Part shown: positions 47,553-55,991 of the stretch, piece by piece
How positions within the stretch are numbered: position 1 is the first letter of the stretch
How the letters are laid out: every line of letters starts with the position of its first letter
From: an uncultured Verrucomicrobiota bacterium
GTDB lineage: Bacteria > Verrucomicrobiota > Kiritimatiellia > RFP12 > UBA3636
DNA: 64,000 bases
NCBI GenBank assembly: GCA_947169825.1
Contig: CAMVRE010000001.1
Span: 16,463-80,462, forward strand
Direction: 5' to 3'
The notes under the pieces: generated by a model
The model's input: the letters and a program-made list of their open reading frames with translations, nothing else
What the model was told of the DNA's origin: nothing
The model's database searches: none
Translations under genes and position numbers: made by a program

Positions 47553-47944
47553 CGCCGCGCGCAGCAGAGCGGTGCGCACGGAGCGGGCCCCGGCGGGTGG
47601 CGAAGCCCCCGCCGGGGTTCGGCCGTTGATCTGGTCGTCTCCGCCGAGCGGCCCTGGATGGGGCCGGCGGCTGCCGAGGGGCCGCAAGCCGGGGGGCCGA
47701 AGGCCCCCCGGCAAGGCCCCGAGGAGGAACGAAGGAAGCAACCTCGATCCAAGGGCGAAGGTTGCCTTCTCCTTTCCTTTCCGGGGCCTTGCCGCTCGCC
47801 TTTCAGGCCCGCGGCTTGCGGCCCCTGGGACGCCGCCGCGCTCCGCGCGGCTGGAGGGGAGACGAACAGATCGACGGAGCAATCCACCGCCCTTCGGCCG
47901 GCGGGCCCGCGGGAGGACGGCGCCGCGCGGGGCGGCTTCTTCGC

Positions 47945-48910
47945 CTATCCGAACCGGTTCAGATGGCTTTCCACGTAGTCCTTCACCGCCTCCTCGAGGG
48001 GGCGGAAGGGGACGTCGCAGCCCGCGGCGCGGAGCTTGGCCATCTCCGCCTCGGTGTGATACTGGTATTTGCCCCGGAGCTTCTCCGGCATGTCGACGAA
48101 ATCGATGTGCGGCTCCTTCCCGACCGCCGCGAAGAGGGCGTTCGCGAGGTCGAGCCACGTGCGGGCATGGCCGGTGCCGCAGTTGTAGATGCCGTTTGCC
48201 TCGGGGTGGTCGCCGAGCCAGACCGTCACCGCCGCGGCGTCCTTCACGTAGACGAAGTCGCGGTCCTGGCAACCGTCGGCGTAGTCCGGGCGGTCGCTCC
48301 GGAAGAGCGCGATCCGGCCTTCGTCGCGCACCGTCGCGTATTGCTTTGCGACGACGGACCGCATCTCGCCCTTGTGGTCCTCGCCGGGCCCGAAGACGTT
48401 GAAGTACTTGAGGCCGGCGATCTTCTTCGACGCGCCGGTCGAGAGCGCCCAGAGGTCGAACTTCTGCTTGCTCCAGCCGTAGAGATTGAGCGGCCTCAGG
48501 TCCGGGATTCGCGCCTCGTCGTCCGAGTAGCCGAGCGAGCCGTCGCCGTAGGTGGCGGCGGACGAGGCGTAGACGAACCGCGTCCCGTTCGCGAGGCACC
48601 ACTCGCACATCTCGCGCGTGTAGCCGGTGTTGTTGTCGTCGAGGAACGACTCGTCCGTCTCCGTCGTCGAGGAGCACGCGCCGAGGTGGAAGAAGCGCTC
48701 CGGCGGTGCGATTTCCCCCGCGCGCACGGCCGCGCGGAACTCGTCGCGCTCCAGGTAGCGCGCGAAGCGGAGCGAATCGAGGTTGCGCCGCTTGAGCGGG
48801 TCGCCGCGGAGGTGGTCGACGACGAGGACGTCCTCCTCGCCACGCGCGTTCAGGAGCTTCACGATGTTGGAGCCGATGAGACCGGCCCCGCCGGTGACGA
48901 TGCATTTCAT
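47945..48910 (-). CDS. hldD: ADP-L-glycero-D-manno-heptose-6-epimerase
   Basis: Aligns along its length with E. coli HldD: IVTGGAGLIGSNIVKLLN, HLGACSSTTE, YASSAATYG, LNLYGWSKQKFD, KYFNVFGPGEDHKG, RDFVYV, NCGTG, LRAAG. Confidence 0.88.
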   Translation of the reverse strand: MKCIVTGGAGLIGSNIVKLLNARGEEDVLVVDHLRGDPLKRRNLDSLRFARYLERDEFRAAVRAGEIAPPERFFHLGACSSTTETDESFLDDNNTGYTREMCEWCLANGTRFVYASSAATYGDGSLGYSDDEARIPDLRPLNLYGWSKQKFDLWALSTGASKKIAGLKYFNVFGPGEDHKGEMRSVVAKQYATVRDEGRIALFRSDRPDYADGCQDRDFVYVKDAAAVTVWLGDHPEANGIYNCGTGHARTWLDLANALFAAVGKEPHIDFVDMPEKLRGKYQYHTEAEMAKLRAAGCDVPFRPLEEAVKDYVESHLNRFG

Positions 48911-48942
48911 GGCGCGCGATTCTAGCATGCCCCCTCCGCACC

Positions 48943-48971
48943 CGCAAGCGCGTTGCGCGGCTCGGCGGGGT
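48943..48971 (+). promoter_or_regulatory. Sigma70 consensus-like promoter (TTGCGC-17-TATAAT) upstream of hom
   Basis: ttgcgc ggctcggcggggtgcgc tataat. gggagaagaagc RBS before ATG 49017. Confidence 0.5.
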
Positions 48972-49016
48972 GCGCTATAATCCGCGCCCTTCCACGCACG
49001 AAACGGGAGAAGAAGC

Positions 49017-50309
49017 ATGAAAACGATCGGAGTCGCCATCCTGGGATTCGGAACCGTCGGCGCAGGCGTCGCCAAGGGCCTGCTCGAGAACCGCGCGGTC
49101 CTGCGCGAGCGCACCGGGCTCGACATCGAGCTGCGGCGCGTCGCCGACCTCGATACGACGACCGACCGCGGCGTGGCGCTCCCGGAGGGCGTCCTCGGCC
49201 CCGACGCCGGCGCCGCGATCCGCGACCCGGCGGTCGACGTCGTCGTCGAGCTCATCGGCGGCACCGGCGTCGCCAAGAAGTTCGTGCGGGAGGCGCTCGA
49301 GGCGGGCAAGCCCGTCGTGACCGCCAACAAGAAGCTCCTCGCCGAGGCCGGCGCGGAGCTCTTCGCGCTCGCCGCGGAGAAGGGCGTCGACCTCTTCTTC
49401 GGCGCGTCCGTCGGCGGCGGCATCCCGATCATCCGCTCGGTGCGCGACGGACTCGTCGGCACCCGGATCGAGACGATCTACGGCATCCTCAACGGCACCT
49501 GCAACTACATCCTCACCGCGATGGAGAGGGAGGGGCGCTCGTTCGACGAGGTCCTCGCCGACGCGCAGCGGCTCGGCTTCGCCGAGGCGGACCCGACGCT
49601 CGACGTCGACGGCTTCGACACGCTCCACAAGGCCGCGATCCTCGCGGCGCTCGCGCACGGCTTCGCGCCGGACGTGCATTCGCTCCCGGTCCAGGGCATC
49701 CGCGGCGTCGTCTCGGCCGAGGACATCGCCCAGGCGCGCGAGCTCGGCTACCGAATCAAGCTGCTCGCCATCGTCAAGGACGCGCCCGACGGCCTCGAGC
49801 TGCGGGTGGCGCCGACGCTCGTCCCGGCCGACGGCATGCTCGGCTCCGTCTCGGGCGTCTTCAACGCCGCGATGGTGAAGAGCGATCTCGATGACTGGAC
49901 GCTCTACTACGGCCGCGGCGCCGGCCGCCTCCCGACGGCCGCGACCGTGATCGGCGACGTGGCCGAGGCCGCGCGCAACCTCGCCGCCGGCACGCACCGC
50001 GCGGTGGCGGTCCCGAAGGCCTCGCGCGAGATCCGCGTGAAGCCGCTCGGCGAGTGCGTCTCGCGCTTCTACGCGCGCCTTTCGCTCAAGGACGCCCCCG
50101 GCTCGCTCGCGACCGCGACGGGCGCCTTCTCGAAGCACGGCGTCTCGATTTCCGCGGCCGTGCAGCGCGGCGCGTCGGCGGACGGCTTCGCGCGCGTCAT
50201 CGTCCTCACGCACGAGGCGAAGCGCGCGGACATGGACGCCGCGCTCGCCGAGATCGCCGCGTCGCCCGTCTCGGGCGCCGCGCCGGTCTGCCTCGGAATC
50301 GAGGGGTAG
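49017..50309 (+). CDS. hom: Homoserine dehydrogenase with C-terminal ACT domain
   Basis: IGVAILGFGTVGAGVAKGL, VVTANKKLLAE, ILNGTCNYILTAM, LGFAEADPTLDVDGFDTLHKAAILAALA. Confidence 0.88.
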   Translation: MKTIGVAILGFGTVGAGVAKGLLENRAVLRERTGLDIELRRVADLDTTTDRGVALPEGVLGPDAGAAIRDPAVDVVVELIGGTGVAKKFVREALEAGKPVVTANKKLLAEAGAELFALAAEKGVDLFFGASVGGGIPIIRSVRDGLVGTRIETIYGILNGTCNYILTAMEREGRSFDEVLADAQRLGFAEADPTLDVDGFDTLHKAAILAALAHGFAPDVHSLPVQGIRGVVSAEDIAQARELGYRIKLLAIVKDAPDGLELRVAPTLVPADGMLGSVSGVFNAAMVKSDLDDWTLYYGRGAGRLPTAATVIGDVAEAARNLAAGTHRAVAVPKASREIRVKPLGECVSRFYARLSLKDAPGSLATATGAFSKHGVSISAAVQRGASADGFARVIVLTHEAKRADMDAALAEIAASPVSGAAPVCLGIEG

Positions 50310-50385
50310 GACTACCTCCGAGGGTTGACTCCCCCGCCCGGCTTCGCCGGGAGCCCCCTCCGGGAGGGGGCGGGCGCTCCGCGCC

Positions 50386-50426
50386 GTTGAAAAAGAACAG
50401 GGGCCGGCGCCCATCGGCGCCGGCCC
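50386..50426 (-). terminator. Rho-independent terminator for secG (12-bp GC stem, CATC loop, U-tract on minus strand)
   Basis: Minus-strand RNA: GGGGCCGGCGCC gaug GGCGCCGGCCCC UGUUCUUUUUC. Lies 24 nt past the secG stop. Confidence 0.55.
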
Positions 50427-50449
50427 CTGGAGGATTCGTCCGCGTTTGC

Positions 50450-50992
50450 CTATTCGGCGGCGGGCGCGGGTTCCGCGGCGGGAGCCTCGGCGGGCGGTTC
50501 CGCGGGCGCGGCCTCGGGAGCCGGGGCTTCCGGAGCAGGAGCGGCCTCGGGAGCCGGGGCTTCCGGAGCGGGAGCGGGTTCCGCGGCGGGAGCTTCGGCG
50601 GGGGCCTCGGGCGCGGGGAGGTCGGCGAGGGCGTCGGCGAGGGCGGCCTGCATCTCCTCGTCGGTCGCGGCCGGAGCCGCGTCGGCGGCCGCGGCGGCGG
50701 GGGCCGCGGCCTCGGCCGTCTCGGCGAAGCGCTCCGTCACGTCGGCGGAGACGGTGCCCTGCGGCTTGAGGATCGCCAGGAGCGTCGTGTTCACGAGGAA
50801 GGCGATCGCGAGGATGACGGTCGTGCGCGTGAGGACGTTGCCCATCTGGCCGCCGAAGACGGACTCGGCGGCGCCGCTTCCGAAGGAGAGCCCGAGGCCC
50901 TGGCCCTTGGACTTCTGGATGAGGATGATGCCGATCAGCATCAGGCACACGACGGCCTCGACCGCCAGCAGGAAGTGGATGAGGATGTTCAT
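50450..50992 (-). CDS. secG: Preprotein translocase subunit SecG with long Ala/Pro/Glu-rich C-terminal extension
   Basis: N-terminal LIGIILIQKSKGQGLGLSFGSGAAESVFGG plus a second TM. The last ~90 aa are (PAPEA/APEAP)-type repeats. Confidence 0.8.
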   Translation of the reverse strand: MNILIHFLLAVEAVVCLMLIGIILIQKSKGQGLGLSFGSGAAESVFGGQMGNVLTRTTVILAIAFLVNTTLLAILKPQGTVSADVTERFAETAEAAAPAAAAADAAPAATDEEMQAALADALADLPAPEAPAEAPAAEPAPAPEAPAPEAAPAPEAPAPEAAPAEPPAEAPAAEPAPAAE

Positions 50993-51026
50993 GGTGCTTC
51001 GGTGGCCCGTGGGTCGTGGAGGGAAA

Positions 51027-51785
51027 CTAGGCGTTGGCGCCGGCCGCGACGAGCGCGAGGAAGTCGGGCGCCTTGAGCGACGCGCCGCCGATGAGGCCGC
51101 CGTCGATGTCCTTCTTGGCGAGGAGCTCGGGCGCGTTGGCCGGCTTCATCGAGCCGCCGTAGAGGATGCGGACGGTCTCGGCCGCGTCGGCGCCGTAGAG
51201 GTCGGCGAGGATCGCGCGGATCTGCGCGTGGACCTCCTGCGCCATGTCGGGCGTCGCGGTCTTGCCGGTGCCGATGGCCCAGACGGGCTCGTAGGCGATG
51301 ACGACCTTCGCGAGGTCCGAGATGCCCTCGAGCGCCTTGCGGGTCTGGCGGTCGATCACGGCGGCCGTCTCGCCCGCCTCGCGCTCGGCGAGCGTCTCGC
51401 CCACGCAGATGACGGCGACGAGGCCCGCCTCGACCGCGGCCTTGGCGCGCTGGTTCACGGTCTCGTCCGTCTCGCCGAAATACTGGCGGCGCTCGGAGTG
51501 GCCCACGATGACGTGCGTCACGCCCGCGTCGAGCAGCATGGCGGTGGAGACCTCGCCGGTGTAGGCGCCGCTCGCGGCCCAGTGGACGTTCTCGGCGCCG
51601 ACCTCGAGCGCGGAGCCCTTCGCGGCCTCGACGACCGCGGGGATGGTGAGGTAGGGCGGGCAGACGAGGATCTCCGGGAGGTTCCCGGCGGGGAGTCCGG
51701 CGGCGATCTCCTTCACGAGGGCGGCGCCCTCGGCGGAGGTCTTGTTCATTTTCCAGTTGCCGGCGATGAGGATGCGACGAGACAT
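51027..51785 (-). CDS. tpiA: Triosephosphate isomerase
   Basis: ILIAGNWKMN, VGHSERR, AYEPVWAIGTGKTAT, GGSMKP, GGLIGGASL. Confidence 0.92.
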   Translation of the reverse strand: MSRRILIAGNWKMNKTSAEGAALVKEIAAGLPAGNLPEILVCPPYLTIPAVVEAAKGSALEVGAENVHWAASGAYTGEVSTAMLLDAGVTHVIVGHSERRQYFGETDETVNQRAKAAVEAGLVAVICVGETLAEREAGETAAVIDRQTRKALEGISDLAKVVIAYEPVWAIGTGKTATPDMAQEVHAQIRAILADLYGADAAETVRILYGGSMKPANAPELLAKKDIDGGLIGGASLKAPDFLALVAAGANA

Positions 51786-51879
51786 GTGTGGTCCTTTTTC
51801 GTTTGAAACGTCCGTCCGGGCCGCTTTCCGGTTCCGTGCGGAGCACGGGCCGGGAGTATGCGGGAAACCCCCGGAAAAG

Positions 51880-52818
51880 TCAAGGATGATCCGCGATTTC
51901 GCGCGGCGGGAGCCCGGCGGCGCGGCGGACGAGGGACGTGATCCGGTCGGAGACGGCGTCGTCCGGCGCGCGGAAATGCAGGACGCGCGCGTTGCCGTCC
52001 GGGTCGGGCGCAAAGGGCGTGGCGCCGTCGGGCGCGACGCGGACGCGCCCCGCCGGCCCGAGTTCGTAGAGCTCGTTCTCGCCGTGGACCGCCAGATCGA
52101 CGGTGATCGGGTCCCAGCTGCTGCGGATGCGGCACGGCCCGCAGAAGTGGCGGAACGCCTCGACGAGCGGGTGGCCGTCGCATTCCGGCGGCAGGCCCGA
52201 GAGGTCGGTCATGATCGACTCGCCGCATTCGGAGCCGACGAAGACGATCGGGCCGTCCCAGCCGCGAAGGAAGCTCCGCGTGTCTCCGATGTATTCCTTC
52301 ACGTTGAACTCGACGTAGCCGTCCTTCTTCCCGAATCCGCCCGCCATCGCCCAGATGCAGCGGACCTTGCGGCGGAAGAGGGCCGGGTCGTCCGCGAGCG
52401 CGGCGGCGAGATTGTTGAAGAAGCCGATCGAGACCACCGAGACGGAGCCGTCCGGCGCGTCGGCGAGAACGCGGCGCCAGAGGTCGAGCGGATCGGTCCG
52501 CGGCGGCTCCGGGCCGCGCCAGCGCGCCGCGAGGCCGGCCAGATACGCCGAGCGGTTGCCGCTGTTGGGGAGCGGGTCGCGCGTGACGGCGACCGGGACG
52601 TCCTCCCGGCCCCATGCCGAGAGGACGACCTTCACGGCGGCGGCCACGAAGGGGCTCTGGACGTTGCACGAGACGGCGCCGAGGCGGAACGCGCCGGGGT
52701 GGCGCCGCTCCTCGCCGCAGAGCAGCGAGAGCGCCGCGACGTCGTCCACGTCGCAGCAGAAGTCGGTCTCGAGGACGACGGTTTCGCCCGTGCGGGCGGA
52801 GAGGGGCTGGATGTCCAT
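51880..52818 (-). CDS. Inosine-uridine preferring nucleoside hydrolase family protein
   Basis: N-terminal VVLETDFCCDVDDVAAL (DxDxxxDD aspartate cluster). Confidence 0.75.
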   Translation of the reverse strand: MDIQPLSARTGETVVLETDFCCDVDDVAALSLLCGEERRHPGAFRLGAVSCNVQSPFVAAAVKVVLSAWGREDVPVAVTRDPLPNSGNRSAYLAGLAARWRGPEPPRTDPLDLWRRVLADAPDGSVSVVSIGFFNNLAAALADDPALFRRKVRCIWAMAGGFGKKDGYVEFNVKEYIGDTRSFLRGWDGPIVFVGSECGESIMTDLSGLPPECDGHPLVEAFRHFCGPCRIRSSWDPITVDLAVHGENELYELGPAGRVRVAPDGATPFAPDPDGNARVLHFRAPDDAVSDRITSLVRRAAGLPPREIADHP

Positions 52819-52867
52819 GGTTCGAAGGGAATGGGTTGCCGGGAACGCCGCGCCGCGCGCGGTCGCG

Positions 52868-55800
52868 TTATTTCAGGATCATCAGGGTCGCGCGGGCGGA
52901 GCGCGGGGGCGCCGGGACGTCGACCTCGACGATCGTCGAAAGCGTCGCGCCGGTGGCGTCGCGGACCGTGACCTCCGCGTAGTTCGCGCGCGGCTCGGTG
53001 AGGTCTTCCTTCTTGTTAGCCGGGTTCACGCCGAGCACCTTGCCCGGCCGCGGCTTCGCGACCGTGCAGGCCTGCACGAGCCCGACGTTCTTCGCGGCCG
53101 GGCCCCAGCCCGCCAGCCACTGCGGTGTCGAGAAGCCCTCGCCCTCGATCACGACCGTGCCCACGCCCACGCCGCCGCCAACCTTCGTGTAGCGCCAGAC
53201 CACGCGCCGGACCGCCTCCCCTTCTGGTACGGGGAACCGGAAGTCGGATCCGGCCGCCACGCTTCCGAGATCGGAGACCGTTCCGAGAACCGTCTCCGTG
53301 TCGTCGGCCGCAATTCCGACGACGGTGAGCGTCGAGCCGCCGGTCATGGAGTGCCCGACGGCGTGGAACGAGACCGCCGTAACGGTCCCGCCGAGATCGT
53401 AGGTCGCCATCCAGTCGCCGTCCTTATCGAACTTCACCGGCGCGGCATCGCTCTTGTAGGATTCCTTCGCCACGTCGAACGTCCAGCCGTAGGGCCGGTT
53501 GGTCGGCCAGAGGGTGAACGGCTCCTCGATCCGCGTCGCCGTGGCGTTCGGGTTCGGGCAGTCGGTCCACGCGCGCACCGCGTATCCGGAGGCGCGATAC
53601 TGCGTGTCCCACGAGAGGTCGATCGCGTCCCAGGCGACGGGCTCCGCGACCGCGACGGCCGGCGGATGGAGCCCGGGGAGGGAAAGAACCTTGAAGGAGA
53701 CGTTGGTCTCGTAGACGACGCCTGCGGCGGGGGTCATCGCGAAGGTCAGCGTAAAGGTCGTGCCCTCGTCCGACTCGGCGGGCGTCCAGGAGAGCGTGCC
53801 GTCCGCGAGCGCCGGAGACCGGGACGGCGCCGGGGCGATGTCCGCGAGCACGACGTCGACGGGCGTGTGGTCGTCGAGCTCGGCGGAGACGGCCGCCGTG
53901 TTCCGGATCACGCCGTAGAGCCTGTCCTCGCCTGCCGCGTTCGACCAGGGGCCGACCGTGAGCGTCGGGTTCAGCGCCGAGCGCAGCGTGCGCGCGGAGA
54001 CGCTCGCCCAGGGCGAGTAGTTGTAGCGCTCCGTGTCGCCCTCGGCGCGGACGCGGACCGTGTAGTCCGTGTCGTCGGAAAGGCCGGCGAGCACGGCCGG
54101 CGGCGCCGCGAAATCCATCGTCGCGACCGCGACGGTCTCGCCGGTCACGTAGACCTCGACCGCGTAGTTCGTCGCGTTCGCCACCGGGCTCCACGCGACC
54201 GAGAACGAGTTCGTCGAGAGCGTCCCCCCGACCACCGCGAGGTCCGCCGGCGCGCCGAGGTCCTCAAGCGATGTCGAGACCTGCTGTGTGACCTTCACCG
54301 AATCAAGGAAGAGGCAGCTGTCGGTCTGCGCGGGCTCGAAGAACAGGCGGAAGGGGGACGGAACGGAGAGGGTCGCCGACAGCGGATTGCCCGACGCGTC
54401 GACCGAATAGGCGTCGTCGTCCAGGTTCGAGGCGGTCGTATCCACCGTGGCGAGCGCGAACGTCCGGCTCTCGACGACGGCGCCCTCCCCGTCGAGAACC
54501 GACATCGAAAGGCTCCGGTTCGCGTTCTTCGTCGCGGCGTGGAAGGAGATCGTCGCCGAGCCCGACGACACGCCGTTGCGAAGGAAGACGGCGGGCGAGG
54601 TCGCCGATCCCTTCGCCGACGTCGCCGTCCCGAAGAGAATCGCGGAGGGCGCCTTCCGGAGACCCGTCGTTCCCGTCCAACCGGCGTTCGTGGCGATGTT
54701 CGCGATGAACGCGCCGTTCTCGATGATCTGGGCGGTCGAGGCCCAGCTTGCCGTATTGTTCGCCGAACCGGAGAACGGCTCGAAGAAGAGCACCGCCGCC
54801 TCCGTCGATCCGCGCACGCGAAACTCGACGTTGGTCGCGTAGGTCCCGCCCTGGTTGACGACCGAGAAGGCGGCCGCGTAGGATCCGGCCGCGCCTTCGC
54901 CAGGGGTCCAGGAGAAGACGCCGTCCGCGAACGTTGGCTGGGCGCCGGTCGGAACGGGCGTCAGACCGTTGAAGGTCACGGTCTGCGGCGTGCCGTTCGC
55001 GAGCGCCGCGGAGACGCCGAAGGAGAACGCCCGGCCGATGGTTGGAACGGGGTCCGGCGTCCCGATTGTCCAGACGGGCTGCCAGTTGTCGGCTGTGGTC
55101 GAGATCTGCTCCTCGTACCATTCGGAGGATGCATACGTGACGCCGTCGCCGACCGCGCGCAGGCGGACCGTGTAGGTGGTGCCGTCCTCGAGGTCGGTCA
55201 CCATGAATCCAAGTCCCGGGTATAGCTGCTGCGTGCCGGCCTCCCGCCCTTCCGGATCCAGGACCTCCAGCTCGAAGCCCGTGGCGTGTTCGTCCACCGA
55301 CGAGAAGAAGAGCAGCAGATGGTGGACGTCCGGACTTACGGACACGACCGGCGTGGCGAGCTGAATCCGGCCGTCGTCGTAGGTCTGCAAGACGACCACT
55401 TCACTCAGGAAGGAATACCTCCCCTGGAACCGGACTTTGAACGACAACGGCGCGTCCGCGAACGTGGCGACGAGCGGAACGCCGTTCGTGTCGGTCGTCC
55501 GGGCGTCGATGTCGCGGTCGTTCGCTTCGGCCAGCCGCTGCAGGCCGAACGTCTGTTCCGTTCCGGCGATTGTCGCGTCCGACGAATCCAGGAGGGACAC
55601 CGCGAGCGCGTTAGTCCCGCTGGACGGATGTACCGCGGCGCGGAAGGAGACCGTCACGGGACCCGCCGTCGCGTCATCGAGCCGCGCGATGGCGCGCGTC
55701 CGCGCCCAACCGTCGTTGGATGCGTTGCCGAACCGAATGGCGTGGGGACCGATGCAAACGCTTTTTCCGTGCCAGCCGGGTTCTTCGCCGGCCGTTGAAA

Positions 55801-55972
55801 AGTCCCCCTCCGAAGTTGCACCCCCCGTGAGATAGGTTCTTCCTTCGAGAGATGAATCTGACTTGCCGATGGTCGAAAAACCCTCCACGAACAGATTGGT
55901 GGTGACGGTCATCGCGCGCGCGGAGACGGCGAGAAGCAGGGCGAGCGGCAGAAGAAGGCGGCGTGCTTTCAT
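52868..55972 (-). CDS. Large secreted beta-sandwich/Fn3-like repeat protein
   Basis: Signal peptide MKARRLLLPLALLLAVSARA. Ser/Thr/Asn-rich, repeated TVTxxT segments. Paralogous to 55992-57620. Confidence 0.6.
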   Translation of the reverse strand: MKARRLLLPLALLLAVSARAMTVTTNLFVEGFSTIGKSDSSLEGRTYLTGGATSEGDFSTAGEEPGWHGKSVCIGPHAIRFGNASNDGWARTRAIARLDDATAGPVTVSFRAAVHPSSGTNALAVSLLDSSDATIAGTEQTFGLQRLAEANDRDIDARTTDTNGVPLVATFADAPLSFKVRFQGRYSFLSEVVVLQTYDDGRIQLATPVVSVSPDVHHLLLFFSSVDEHATGFELEVLDPEGREAGTQQLYPGLGFMVTDLEDGTTYTVRLRAVGDGVTYASSEWYEEQISTTADNWQPVWTIGTPDPVPTIGRAFSFGVSAALANGTPQTVTFNGLTPVPTGAQPTFADGVFSWTPGEGAAGSYAAAFSVVNQGGTYATNVEFRVRGSTEAAVLFFEPFSGSANNTASWASTAQIIENGAFIANIATNAGWTGTTGLRKAPSAILFGTATSAKGSATSPAVFLRNGVSSGSATISFHAATKNANRSLSMSVLDGEGAVVESRTFALATVDTTASNLDDDAYSVDASGNPLSATLSVPSPFRLFFEPAQTDSCLFLDSVKVTQQVSTSLEDLGAPADLAVVGGTLSTNSFSVAWSPVANATNYAVEVYVTGETVAVATMDFAAPPAVLAGLSDDTDYTVRVRAEGDTERYNYSPWASVSARTLRSALNPTLTVGPWSNAAGEDRLYGVIRNTAAVSAELDDHTPVDVVLADIAPAPSRSPALADGTLSWTPAESDEGTTFTLTFAMTPAAGVVYETNVSFKVLSLPGLHPPAVAVAEPVAWDAIDLSWDTQYRASGYAVRAWTDCPNPNATATRIEEPFTLWPTNRPYGWTFDVAKESYKSDAAPVKFDKDGDWMATYDLGGTVTAVSFHAVGHSMTGGSTLTVVGIAADDTETVLGTVSDLGSVAAGSDFRFPVPEGEAVRRVVWRYTKVGGGVGVGTVVIEGEGFSTPQWLAGWGPAAKNVGLVQACTVAKPRPGKVLGVNPANKKEDLTEPRANYAEVTVRDATGATLSTIVEVDVPAPPRSARATLMILK

Positions 55973-55991
55973 GGCGGACCTCGTGGGGTTT

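Noticed and set aside
52355-55225. 956-aa plus-strand ORF
   Set aside because: Antisense to the secreted protein gene 52868-55972. Arg/Gly-rich with no domain signatures.
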